A DNA stretch of 63,434 nt, counting the filler, from Lenisia limosa (taxonomy: Eukaryota; Protista; Breviatea), in NCBI GenBank assembly GCA_001655205.1. It is 11 parts of 11 records of this genome, joined end to end, with 100 filler letters (N's around TTAATTAATTAA, not from the genome) between each part and the next. Parts side by side here need not be neighbours in the genome. Positions count along the whole stretch, not along the records: positions 11,692 to 29,246 come from LPNZ01011420.1; 10 more parts are not named here. The stretch is one strand, 5' to 3'. The notes under the pieces are model-generated. The model did no database searches, was not told where the DNA came from, and worked only from the letters and a program-made list of their open reading frames with translations. Positions 11,692 to 23,668 of this stretch are shown here, one piece after another; within the stretch, counting starts at the first letter, position 1; each line of letters begins with the position of its first letter. Made by a program: the position numbers and the translations under genes.

Positions 11692-14600
11692 TACCTTGGC
11701 CACTTTGAGCAGCGATCGCCTCCATAGGATATACGATTGTTCAATATGCGGGTTGTCGGACTTAGTGAGACCCACTGCGCGAGCGGCGTTGTCCTGAAGA
11801 GTGAACAGGCCAGGAGCCCAGGTGTACATCCTAGCACTAAAAAAGCTTGAACAGGGGTTGGGAAATGGTAATCTGGCAGAAGCCTTTCACATCATCATGA
11901 TAACAATTTTCTCAAAAGCGTTTTCAAGGGAAAAGTAGGCCAAGACCAAAACGATGGTATTATTCTTTAACGCTGATGGGGAAGTCCTTCACATTCGCCG
12001 CACTGACCGAATGGGTGACTAATCTGCGAGCAGTGGTGGAGGGATTGGTCGTACTGGCTTGGAATGAACTCCTGTACTTGCGTCAATGGAGGTGGGTATG
12101 GAATAAGAGCTGGTTGATGAGATATCTTAATCCCCTACAGGGATCGTGGGGAAGACGGTGCTGATGGCTGAGGTACGTAACGTTTCACAGAACCTGTATT
12201 TGTTGGCATTTATACGTAATTCACAAGATATGATATCAGGTTAATTGGGTATCAAAATACGAAGAAAAATCCAAAATAAAAAGAGATTAATACAATCATT
12301 CTAAAGAAAGAAAAGCACTTTTAAATAAAAAAAGATATCAGCAACTTACCACTCGTGATGTGGCGATGATAATTGAGGTTATGTTCGGACAACATGGCGG
12401 GTGGAGGGGTTTGCGAGGGTGTGCGTGATTGAGCCGTCGGCAAGTTTGGCCGCTTCTTACCGGCGGATGAGGCTCTTTGGAGGTTTGGCGACCGGCCTGA
12501 TGTAATGANNNNNNNNNNNNNNNNNNNNNNNNNNNNNNNNNNATTGGATTATAGTATATAGTGTATAATATTTATTCACAAATAGCTTTCCAGCTGTTTT
12601 ATATTGCTAGTTATTTGGCCATATCAAGCATACGTGGGATTTGAGGTGGCTTTCGGTCAGAGGGCGGGGAACGCTGCAATCATTAATAACGATATCCGAC
12701 CAAAGCCGTTCGTACAACAGATAGATCTTTAAAAGTAAACGTAATCAGAAAAACACAACTGCATTATATACTCTTGCAGGGTCTTTCTTCTCTTCGAGAG
12801 TAACATCTTGGAAGGACAAAGTACGACGATTTGTAGGAGGGGATACGTCTGAACCATAAACGACTTGTTACACTAAAACGCTATGGAACTGAATACTGAC
12901 CTCCGCCTGTCTCAGTACTAAAGACCCTACCAATGACTTTCTCATCTGATGGAGGTGCTACAGGCGCTTGAATGGGACTATCAGCAGTTTCAGCCATTGT
13001 ATCAGACTTGTTATCTAAGTTGTACTCCTCCGCTTGTAGTTGAGATGCCGATCGTCGCTGCAAACTTGAACAGTTCGATATCTGAAATATGAGCACAACA
13101 AGCACTTTGACTTCGGAATTTTGATAGCGAATGTACAAATTCCTTGACATTACGCCTCACTCTGAGATGAAACGAAACCAATATTGCTACTTTACTGGTC
13201 TCTTTCCAGACCAAAAAAAAGTCCAAGCTTTGTTAAAAAGCCCACGTTCAGAGCAGAAGAAGAAGACGACAAGTTGGCAGCAGGGCGACGCAAGCCTGGT
13301 CGGAACGTTTCCTATTTCATAAGTTGGTTTACTACAAATAACTGGGTGAAGTTACCATGATTAATCCCGTACAAACGCGATCCCTCCAAATGATATTGGA
13401 ATATAGCATATCTATCATTTGCCTTCCAACTCTGTGCACACAGCTTTCTGCGTGCCTCCCAAGCATACGGTTGCTCGATACTTATATACCCCCAGCGCAA
13501 CACCCACCACAGTGTACTCCTCCAATGGCCGAATGGTGGCTGGTGTGGGAGTGGACAAAGGAATGTCATCCAACACCGACGGCTGTGACAGGTTGGCTGT
13601 CTGTGGGGGTAAAAAAAACTATAAGTACAAAAAAAATCACGGAGTGGGTACATAACACTATAATGCAAGTAATGCAAGTAACGCAAGTAATGTATAATTA
13701 TTGCACTGCTGCCCACGGGGGTATCAACAGGATGTCTCAAGGCAGTCTGGCATGCTGCAATCGAGACTCTAAACAAAGTGGTTAGGGGTGGCGGTAAACA
13801 AAATGGTTAGGGGTGGCGGTAAACAAAGTGGTTAGGGGTGGCAGTAAATAAAGTGGTTAGGGGTGGCGGTAAACAAAGTGGTTAGGGGTGGCGGTAAGTT
13901 GAAAAATACACAGGAAACCCTGCACTATAAAGTCGGTCATTATCCAGTCAAGAACATTTGAATACTCTTACTATGAAAAAAGATAACACATGACATCATA
14001 GGCACATAACAACGACTCAAAATCCAAAATGCTGGTCCGGCCGCCTCTCAACTCAAGACAGAACACCTGTTCCTCCGCTGGCTGTCCTAAAGATATTCCC
14101 CCTGAAAAGTCAAATCATTTAATTTCGAAGATCTTGGGTAATAGTTGATTCCTCTCATAACCCCCTCCCTCCAATGCCCTGCCCACGTTGGTAGTAGAAG
14201 CGAGACCTTGAAGAGAACGTGCAGTGGTTCACAAAGGAGTTAGACACANNNNNNNNNNNNNNNNNNNNNNNNNNNNNNNNNNNNNNNNNNNNNNNNNNNN
14301 NNNNNNNNNNNNNNNNNNNNNNNNNNNNNNNNNNNNNNNNNNNNNNNNNNNNNNNNNNNNNNNNNNNNNNNNNNNNNNNNNNNNNNNNNNNNNNNNNNNN
14401 NNNNNNNNNNNNNNNNNNNNNNNNTTTCATGAAATATCAGCAAAACAAAATGTCAGCAAAAAAATTGCCCCCCATACTTCTTAGCTCCTTGAATAGCAGC
14501 CCCATAGGCGCAGTAACGTGGATTCGTATTGCCGAGAACCCCAGCTGAATAGGTAAGGATTGTGACCGAGTTTCTCTTGAGAACCTTAAAAGTCCCTTTA

Positions 14601-16180
14601 CAGACAAACAATAATGTTGCAACCCAGTTTGTGGATATGAACAAAACCAATGTTATTATTTTGAATGCTGCTGGAAATGTGAATACCGCAATCGGCCAAC
14701 CTGTGACTGTACCAATGTGAACACCAGCCTAAATATAATTAATGCAAAATAGGTTGAACAACTAAACACATGGTATTATGACGCGTTGAAACACACATGG
14801 TATTATGATGCGTTGAAATGTGAAATGATAAAACAATTTACCAGGTGCGACACTCATCAAATATAAGTGATAATACATTTGAAAGGATACTATTTGATAC
14901 CATGCCAACGAGTATAAAGACCCCTTACATGTATTGAAATCTTCCTTTTCGAAGCTTCCTGCACGCAGATTTCCACTGCCTGAATGATGAGAAAACCCAT
15001 ATGCTATTTATATTAATTGTAGTGGAGAAGGTAACCGCCAATTTAATACTACAACACCAAAATGCTCAGATTATTTTGTCAATTGCAGTCCACGCAGCCA
15101 ACCGTTAAAAGGGACTCTGCAGGCATATAAATCACTTGAGGCATGTTACAGGCAAACACATAGCTAAATAATATGAAAATATGTAGATTCATTGAGCGAA
15201 TATGTAATGTGGAGCAACGTACAGACCCCACCCCCACCCCACGCAAAAGGTGTGTTTTCAATTTTGAGAATTGAGGGACGATCTTCAATAACCTGACAAA
15301 GTCATTTAAACCTGCCCAATAATATGTCAAAATCTCTACCTCCAAACACATATCATATGACGGGGTTGAAAAGACATTCCTAGATTGGATTGAATTTAGA
15401 TCAACCAGTTTTACTTGACCTCAATAGATCCAGCGTAGCCACCTCACATCATCAAATGCTTCGAACAGGCTTTTTGTCAGTTCCATTTGACTGCGATTTG
15501 ACATCTAAAACATCACAATCTGAGTGCGTCATAACTCCTCTGTGAATAAGACTGCATATATTTAACAAAACAGAATATATAGCACTGGACCGAACCGTCT
15601 CCACCACTTTGATAGATATTGCATAATAAAGATTCACTTTAACATAGCATATTACAACCCCGTTTACACAGCTTTCGCGTGGTGGCCCATCCACCCGTAT
15701 ACCGATTCGTCCGCACAGACTCGCAGAAAAGCCACAAACACGTCTTCATGTCGAAGAAGAAAGCAAGATGGTGACTACATTAATCAAGACAAGATGAAGA
15801 CCCCCTCCCCTAAATAGAAAGGGAAATGCTTCAATCAGTGTACCTGCTTTCCCCTCTCACCCCCTCCACACACATAATGTATTCATACCCGCCATCACAC
15901 GAAACATACCTTGGGGTCAATAAGGACCCGGACAGCCGCCGCCGGTAGCAGGGCACGCGTTGTTCGGTCTGCGTTGCAGCAAAGCTGGCGTAGCTGCCGG
16001 AATTAGGTTAGAAAAAAAGGGAGACAACCATGGGGCAACAGGTTGGATTACAAATTACTCTGGCCAAATATCAAAAACTGCCCTCATATTTAAATTTCAT
16101 CAAAAAAGACAGAATACTCCTCAAACAATAGCTTGCCGCGTTAATGACTGGTTGCGGGACTGTGTGCGGAAATGTCTCAT
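11692..16180 (-). CDS. Large uncharacterised multi-exon gene, 3' end in gap
   Basis: About 15 short AG/GT-bounded segments, e.g. LRQLCCNADRTTRALLPAAAVRVLIDPK, MSNRSQMELTKSLFEAFDD, S/P-rich RSPNLQRASSAGKKRP; phases of some junctions unresolved. Confidence 0.5.
13414..13467 (-). repeat. Family B interspersed intronic repeat
   Basis: ATGCTTGGGAGGCACGCAGAAAGCTGTGTGCACAGAGTTGGAAGGCAAATGAT; related copies 397-441(+), 34224-34275(-), 62718-62765(-), partial 17969-17996(+), 58196-58222(+). Confidence 0.75.
13771..13895. repeat. 25-bp G-rich minisatellite x5
   Basis: AAACAAAGTGGTTAGGGGTGGCGGT, head-to-tail, no spacers. Confidence 0.92.
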
Positions 16181-16585
16181 TGTCACACCCAAGAGAATCG
16201 CAATCGAAATCTGAAACTATCAATTCCACCTCTGTTTCTCATTTTAATTAAAAATATTGTTCAATGTGTGTAATTACAATGTGTAATTACAATTTAAATA
16301 ATATGTGAAAATGAGAAAAAAAAGGATGTTTTGGCCAAGCTAGGCACATAGAGAAAAGAAATAGCAACCAGAGCCGCATTGCACCCCCCACGCCAATCAA
16401 AGAAGGTATCATAGAGCCAATCATAACGAAGAAAAGAAACGTGATTGGTCCCTGAAGGTGTTAGCAAAGTATTGGACCATGTCCAGTGGTAATAATTGAA
16501 ATCTGAGTCTGCTACACTAATACGAGGGCTTCAATATGGTCCAAAAAGACTGAGAACTGACAAGAAGGTATGTATATTCATGAAT

Positions 16586-17462
16586 TCAGATTGGCTTTGA
16601 AACCATACAGCTCTTTCTCAATTGGCTAAATACTGCCCACCCTCCCACAATCAAAAGAAGAATCGTCAACAGCATTGAAATGCCGGACCCCGTGAAGATC
16701 ACGAAAGAGCTGAGGTGAAGAAGTCCGAGACTGAACCGGTTGTCCATCGTCAGGAAGCAAGACGTGGAGAGCCAGGCGTATAGTGACGCAAACTGCGATG
16801 ATGATGGATTTCGGACCCGAGCGTCGGCAACATTGGAACTGTTAAACACTAGTAGATGCACATATGAAGATTTAATAATACATATCATATCGATTATTAG
16901 AGTACCATTAGACACAATGACGTGACTCTTTGATTTTATGGGGCTATTCAACAGTACTTTCAACATGCCAACATACATGGATGAGCCACAGGATGGAGGT
17001 GAGCGTTGGCCTGTATTTCGACGCCAAATATGTCAGGAAGGCCGACAACAACGCTAACGGCAAGACCATGACTAGGATCGGAAGGACCCATCTGCATTCC
17101 TGGTGCAGAATAAGAGATTGATGATTTCAAAAAGAAAAAAGAACCCCAGAATTATTTACCGAAGAACAACACGCACAGTATAGCTGAACGATTCAGACAT
17201 TCAGATTGATATGGTGTCCAAGAGAGGCAACCCCCTGACGCCAACCGGCAACCCTGCAAACGTCTTTATTGGAGAATAGCACCTCAAGCCCAATGCAGAA
17301 GCCCCAGAACTGGACAAGATGTGACGCTGACGACTGGACCTCATGACGTCGCCACAGCGTTAGGAGGCCGTCTCCTCGCTTCGAGCCGCTGTAGTTCCTC
17401 TCCAACAGCAGCGATATGTTAGATATTTGGTCGCGAAGCTCCAGATCGCAGGAAGATGACAT
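16586..17462 (-). CDS. Multi-pass membrane protein, uncharacterised
   Basis: Hydrophobic spliced segments WVLPILVMVLPLALLSAFLTYL and FSLGLLHLSSFVIFTGSGISMLLTILLLIVGGWAVF; stop at 16586. Confidence 0.5.
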
Positions 17463-17689
17463 CTCAAGCTCTTGAGCACTCTGTTTGTTGTTTAATTACA
17501 TATTTTTTTCTTTGTTCAATCCAGTCTTTCATCAAATTATGAGCAGTTTGAGCAGTTCAATGTTTCCTAGGCCACGACCGGAATTTAGCGCCTTCCGAGC
17601 CGACGCGACCTGATGACAGGCCTGATCGGATGATATTGTGTGTTATGGAATTATTATTTACACTCGTTTCGTTCGTTCTAGTGTTAGTA

Positions 17690-17810
17690 TTCATTTGTCA
17701 GCCATTTGTGTTCATTTGGTGTTCATTGAGTTTTCATTTGTGTTCATTTGGTGTTCATTGAGTGTCCATTTGGTGTCCATGGTGTGTCCATTTGGTGTCA
17801 GTCCATGATC
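17690..17810. repeat. Degenerate 10-11-bp tandem repeat
   Basis: GTGTTCATTT(G)/GTGTCCATTT units. Confidence 0.75.
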
Positions 17811-18466
17811 AGCCAGGCTCCCGCGGCAGAAAAGTTAGGTCAAAAAAGGTCCTCCACCGCCACACTGCACGTCACTGATCAGTCATCGCAGTAAAATCCG
17901 CACAAATCCTCCTTGGCGGGCTACAATCAAACTTGATAGTTGACACAGACATACGTCGGTTGTATTTCGGAGGGGCACAGAGTTGGAAGGAAATGCATTC
18001 ACCACCGATGTGACGAATAAAGGACCAATAACTGCCCTGTGACTGCCTGGCTAAATCCAAATGATAATATCTGTTTCAGTATAAATCCCAATCAAATAAT
18101 CAAAAACAATTTCTTTCGAAAACGATACCATTATTACCTAATTCCCAATACACTCCTATGACCTAGCCTGCATCAAAGCATATTTGAACTTTTCATCTAA
18201 AAAGTGAACATTGAATTTTGAATTGGAATAAATCTTCTATAATTTGAAAGGATAATCACAATGGCATGTGAAAACGAATCATCACGTTAAAAATGCTGTT
18301 TCATACAATTCTTGCAAACAGATATGCCCAAAAAAACACTATGATATGGATATGAAAAATGTCTTGCCAAAACCGTCAATATAATGCCATCTTCATGCGA
18401 CACAATGGAAAACTCTCTTTCATGCTTTCATCACTGCCTGGTGAATAGATTATCTCCGCAGCTCAC

Positions 18467-21400
18467 AAGAAGCAATTGTGATGGCACATCCAGGGGCAAT
18501 CCACATCATGCGTGCGGTAAGGCCTGAAAGGTCAAACCCAAAGGGCTGATGTCTAAAGACTACGATTATCAAAAACTGCCTAGATGTCATAATTATTGTT
18601 TTATATCATCCTATCTGGTACTGCATGTCTCGGATTCAACTTAAGGATATCGAGAACAAACCATATAATATTTGATTGTGTCATACACTTACGTTTTGAT
18701 CAACACTTATTGTCTGAAAAAAAGTCTGCATTCTTGAAAATCCCGAAATAATTTTGATTTCGGACGAAAGTGAAGCCCAATTGCAACAAACCTCTGAAAA
18801 AAGCAGGAACACCCTCAGTTGCGATAATGTGACGTGTCATTTGGATAATACTCCTAAACACATGAACTGCTGAGAGCAAGGATAAATGGTGAGAATGAAC
18901 AATATCCACTGGGGCAAAAGATGATCATCCCTACGTACACTGGGGCATCGGCCACTTGGAAACGGGTTTTGATCATGTCAATCGGTGATGTTAGCGCAGC
19001 GGCAAAACTGCCAGCAAGTGCTCCACTCACTGCAAATGTCATCACTCAACATATTTATCGCAACAGACCATCACAATTATATCAATAGATTTATCACAAT
19101 GATCTTCACTTAATATGTAATTATTAAGACATATGTAAATTTATGGTAAGATTGTCAACTTTTAGAGTTCCTGTTGGTATCAAGGTCCCACAAACACATA
19201 TTAAAAGCAAACGGAACTCTGTCGTCTGTGGGATATTTGAACCCGATCCTGAATCCTTTCTTCAGTTTCTCATAAGTAGCGAAATACACTGAGACAAAGG
19301 GAGTGTATGTCAGCATTGCCAAGGTGTAGCCCTGGGGTGGTAAGTGGATGTCTTACAAATGCCTTGATTTCGAATTAAATCGGAGAAATCCACCGTTTCA
19401 GAGATCGAAAGAGAAAAATAATGATATTTATCGAGGATATCAAGAATGCAGTCTGCTTGACCCACTCTGAAGAGTCCGATGGGGCCTTCGGTTTTGATAA
19501 TGTGTTTTACGACAGAAATGGGCCCATCGAACTTCAAGTCTAAAGAGTCGTAAGTCAAGAATCATAAGTCAGATATGCAGTCTAAAGTCAGAAATGCAGA
19601 AACGTCAGAAGTAATAAATTGTAATGCACTATCATATTAATCAGATCCCAAATATCTGCAAAACATTGTAGTGCAAACCACTGATATAATTTCCCCAAGC
19701 ATGTATTCAACAACCACAGCTTACTTCCAGACCGCTGGACCTGCAGTCTCTGCTTAATGACGTCCATTGGGGTCCACAAGGCGCCACCGCAACACTCGGC
19801 CACAACACCAGCCATGAAATGAACCCAGGCCGGCTGAAGTGTGACAGAAAATCTGCAGTAAAGTCTCTATTGAAACTAGTTGTATTAATTTTATCCACTT
19901 GTTTTGTCTATTTCAAGATTTTCCCTGGATTTTGAGGTGTTTTCTGGTCATCTCAGGTTTTCCACTGATACGAAAGGCCAAATTTACTCATCCTTTTCTT
20001 AAATCTGTCTATCTAGCCTGTAATCGTTCGTCTCCACTGATACGACCCTGTTTCTAATCTGCCATTGAGTTTCACCAGTTCTTCCCCAAATCCAATAATC
20101 AAAGAACTTCAATGGAAACTTCTTTTAGCAGCCCAAATATGCTTTCAGCGTACACCATCAAGTCGTATTTGGAGCTTATTAACCCATTTGCGAAGCAAGG
20201 GGTTTTTCTGTATTTTTGAGGAGAATGACTCACCCAGTAAAGTTAGAGAAAGTCACCTACAAATTATATATACATATGTATGTAAGAGTATAATACATTA
20301 ACTAAATTTAGTAAACGTCAATCTAACCAATGTCGTATTGGAATTTTATTCTTTTGGTGCGAATGGTGGTCATTTTGTAACATTTATTGAAGGTGTTTAA
20401 CTTGTAGTTATGTTAATCACCGTATTTAGTACAAACGTGTCATCAAGGAGGCTACCGAATGGAAAACGCTTGACGGTGAAAAAAAACTACATCACGAATT
20501 TATCCTAAAGCAATGAAAGAGCAGAAACAGTATCTTCCTAATTTTCATGCGCTAGAATGTATGGAGATTAACTGGGCTTATTGCGCTCCGTTCACCTCCT
20601 TTTTAAGTAATCATATGTGGGCTCATCACATCCCCGTTTGAGGTTGGTGACACAAATGAGGCATGTCGCCTGATGCAATGGTGTTGTCACAGGATCGTTT
20701 ATTTATCGTGGAGTTGAAATGCCCTGCAATAAAGAAGCTCGGCAAGTTGCCCCCATTGAGTACACTCTCCAAATGCTCTGGCAAATGCATGTTGCTTGTA
20801 CAAGTATTGGTTGGTTTGGGCAGACAAAATCAGCATGGTATCAGTTTTACCCATTTTGACTTTAAGCACAGCTTTCATTGTGTTTTAGGACTCAAGAAAG
20901 TCATTGGTGACTACGAAGTTGCAGGAGTAGTTTACGCCGAATGGAAGGAAACAGCGTTTTCGATATGATTATTGTTCTTTTTGAAACAAAAAGTGGATGG
21001 AGGTGACGCTTGTATTTACCTGACCAAAATAGGCCTCCATTTCATCATTTGGAACTACCCTAGGAACTGACCTTAATGCATCCCACTATGGATGCCTTAT
21101 TATTGGTATATTTAAAGGATCACGTAACATAATTACTGGATCGTTGATGGTATTCTCCCAGAACCAACCAAAACAGAACTCATCGATAGATTTCAAGTTG
21201 GAGTAATGAAGCAAAATAAAAAAATATCTTGTTTTCCTCACCTTTTCTTCGAGCGGGACACTTGGCTTGAGAATGCGCTTAGTAAGGTCATAGGTTGTGA
21301 AGTACGCCGCGTGTGCAGGCATTGTCAGTGACAAAGCTTGAGGGTCAATATTTGGGCTCCTTGGTGGGGGCAATGGCAACATGATATATGTTAGCAGCCA

Positions 21401-21964
21401 AATATTTTTGTTCAAAAGCACACAGGATTGAACCAATCAAAAGGAAGAAGGTAACGTTAGGTATGAAGGTCACAGGCACACATCATAAATATTAAATATA
21501 AACTCCAACACCACTCTCCACATTCCCGTCAACTGACTTGGAGTGAGTCCTCGATATAGTGTGATGAACCCGTCATGTTTGATGGCAGATTTCAGGCCGT
21601 GGATTAAGCCTCGATACGCTGTCGCCTCACCAACAGATGTACGCTACACGTGTCATATTGGGAAGACAACCTTCATTCAGGGGAATTTTGTTACTACGTC
21701 TTTTATTGTTTGAAAGAAATGCCAAGCATCCTACTTGGATCTGAAGTCGTGCACGAATAGTGTCAATGGGGTGCATAGTCAGGTCACAGCAGAAACCTAA
21801 AAACATTAACAATTAAACATGATCCCAGGATATACATAGTTCAATTGCAACACCAACCAGCTAGGGCACCCGAAGCCAAGGACACAAGCTTTGTCGGCTC
21901 TAAGTATATTAGTATATGAGGATCAGATAATAATACGCTTGGATTTGAGCAGACCATTTGTCAT
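18467..21964 (-). CDS. Mitochondrial carrier (SLC25 family); last exon not located
   Basis: Three PX(D/E)XX(K/R) signatures: HPIDTIRARLQ, TPMDVIKQRLQ, SPIDMIKTRFQ; also EGPIGLFRG, EGVPAFFRG, ARMMWIAPG. Confidence 0.9.
20629..20835 (+). pseudogene. Decayed YqaJ/lambda-exonuclease-like PD-(D/E)XK nuclease fragment in SLC25 intron
   Basis: HPRL, 19-nt insertion, GMSPDAMVLSQDRLFIVELKCP, then after a frameshift PIEYTLQMLWQMHVACTSIGWF. Confidence 0.65.
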
Positions 21965-22172
21965 TTTGGTAGAATTTCTGAAATTCTGGAATTCTGATTC
22001 GTGTTTTATAGTTGTTTGGTAGTTTTGTGTCGTGAATTAGATAGATGTGAAAAGGAAAGTTGGTGAGAGAAGGCTGAGGTTAAAAGAAAATTATATTGGG
22101 GTAACAAATTACCAAAAACTGACTATAAAAATAGCAGTTTTTTATAAAAAAAACACCTCTTAAAACACCACA

Positions 22173-23384
22173 ATGTCTCTTTTTGTTGGTCGCCTTTCTT
22201 CCGATATCCGTATTGAGGATCTTGAAGTATGCAATAATGTCTTGCATTTTTTTATTCAATTTTTTTTTTGGCTTCTTGGCCTGTTTGCCCTAAATAATGA
22301 ACTATAGGACGAGTTTAGCCGTGTTGGCCGTCTCCGCAGATGTGACTTGAAGGTACTGTACTTTTTTTTCTCTGAATAAACTCATTATCTTTAGAACGGC
22401 TTCGCCTTTGTCACTTTTGAGGATGGTAAGCAGTGGAATGGAGTAACTTTCCTGATATTGCCACTTTATTCTTCTAATCTATCAGAGCGTGATGCCGAAG
22501 AAGCTGTCCATAAATTAGACGGACAACGCATTCGTGACACTAAGTATGGAGTCCCACAATTTGCTCATCTTTCAGGATCGCTGTTGAGTGGACTAAGAGC
22601 TCTGGACGCTCAATTCCCCGCATTGATAGCAAGAGATGCTTTGAATGCAACGAATTCGGCCACATCGCCCGTGATTGCAGGTTGGTTGTGTGTTGAGTTT
22701 TTGCTCTTGTCTGTACCCTCCTCCTTCTCTTCTCTAAAGGTCAATAACGTTTGATTCCCCTTCAGACTTCGCCGTGATGGTGGAGGAAGACGTGACGACT
22801 ACCGCCGCGACTCCCGTGACTCCCGTCGTGATGATGACAGATACCGCCGTGACGACCGTGACCGTTATGAACGCAGGTGTGTGGCAAGTCTTAAATACTG
22901 GGTTGTCAAGAAGAGCTGGTTGCTTTGTTGAGATCACAAGAGTTCATGTCTGACATTCTCAGATACAGCAGAAGCCGCTCTCCCCGCCGCACCCCCGAAC
23001 GGTAAACCTCGGTCCATAATCATCACCCACGCCCTCTTGTTGCCACCGGACAGTAATGCTCTGCGCTGTCTACGAGGGACTATTCTTGATATGCCATGCC
23101 TTTGCCCCCTTTGCCCGCTGCTCTCTCTGTGGCTTTGCCCTTCACCCCTGGCCTTGGCTTATACTTTGCTACTTTGCACACTTCCTTTTGTACCAGACCA
23201 AAAGCAGGTAGTTCTTGTATATATGAAGGATATTGGTATAATTGGGGATTCGGGGACATTTAGTTCACCGGTTCTTTTCTCTATCGTCTGGTTCCATTAT
23301 TATTCTTCAATTTTACTCCGCAGTCGTGAGCGCTCTCGTACCCCCGTTCGCTCTCGTTCTCGTTCTCCCGTCCGCTCCCCCGCC
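22173..23384 (+). CDS. SR splicing factor, RRM + CCHC zinc knuckle + RS domain (SRSF7/RSZ-like); 3' end in gap
   Basis: MSLFVGRLSSDIRIEDLE, NGFAFVTFED, CFECNEFGHIARDC, RSRSRSP repeats. Confidence 0.9.
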
Positions 23385-23668
23385 NNNNNNNNNNNNNNNN
23401 NNNNNNNNNNNNNNNNNNNNNNNNNNNNNNNNNNNNNNNNNNNNNNNNNNNNNNNNNNNNNNNNNNNNNNNNNNNNNNNNNNNNNNNNNNNNNNNNNNNN
23501 NNNNNNNNNNNNNNNNNNNNNNNNNNNNNNNNNNNNNNNNNNNNNNNNNNNNNNNNGTTGAGCAATATAGATCCTATTTGTTTTCAAGTGTTACAATGAA
23601 ACTCAAATTGTCTTAAATATTCTATTAAATTATTAAATAACTCGCATCTGAAACCTAATAATACACCA

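Noticed and set aside
13771-13895. CRISPR array or telomere
   Set aside because: No unique spacers, eukaryotic intron, and the unit is 25 bp rather than a simple telomeric repeat.
14484-14545. Hsp70-like NPRYCAYGAAIQGA peptide
   Set aside because: No other Hsp70 motifs nearby, and exon phases favour a different frame.
17805-17882. C/D box snoRNA
   Set aside because: C box is ATGATCA rather than RTGATGA and there is no terminal stem; insufficient support.
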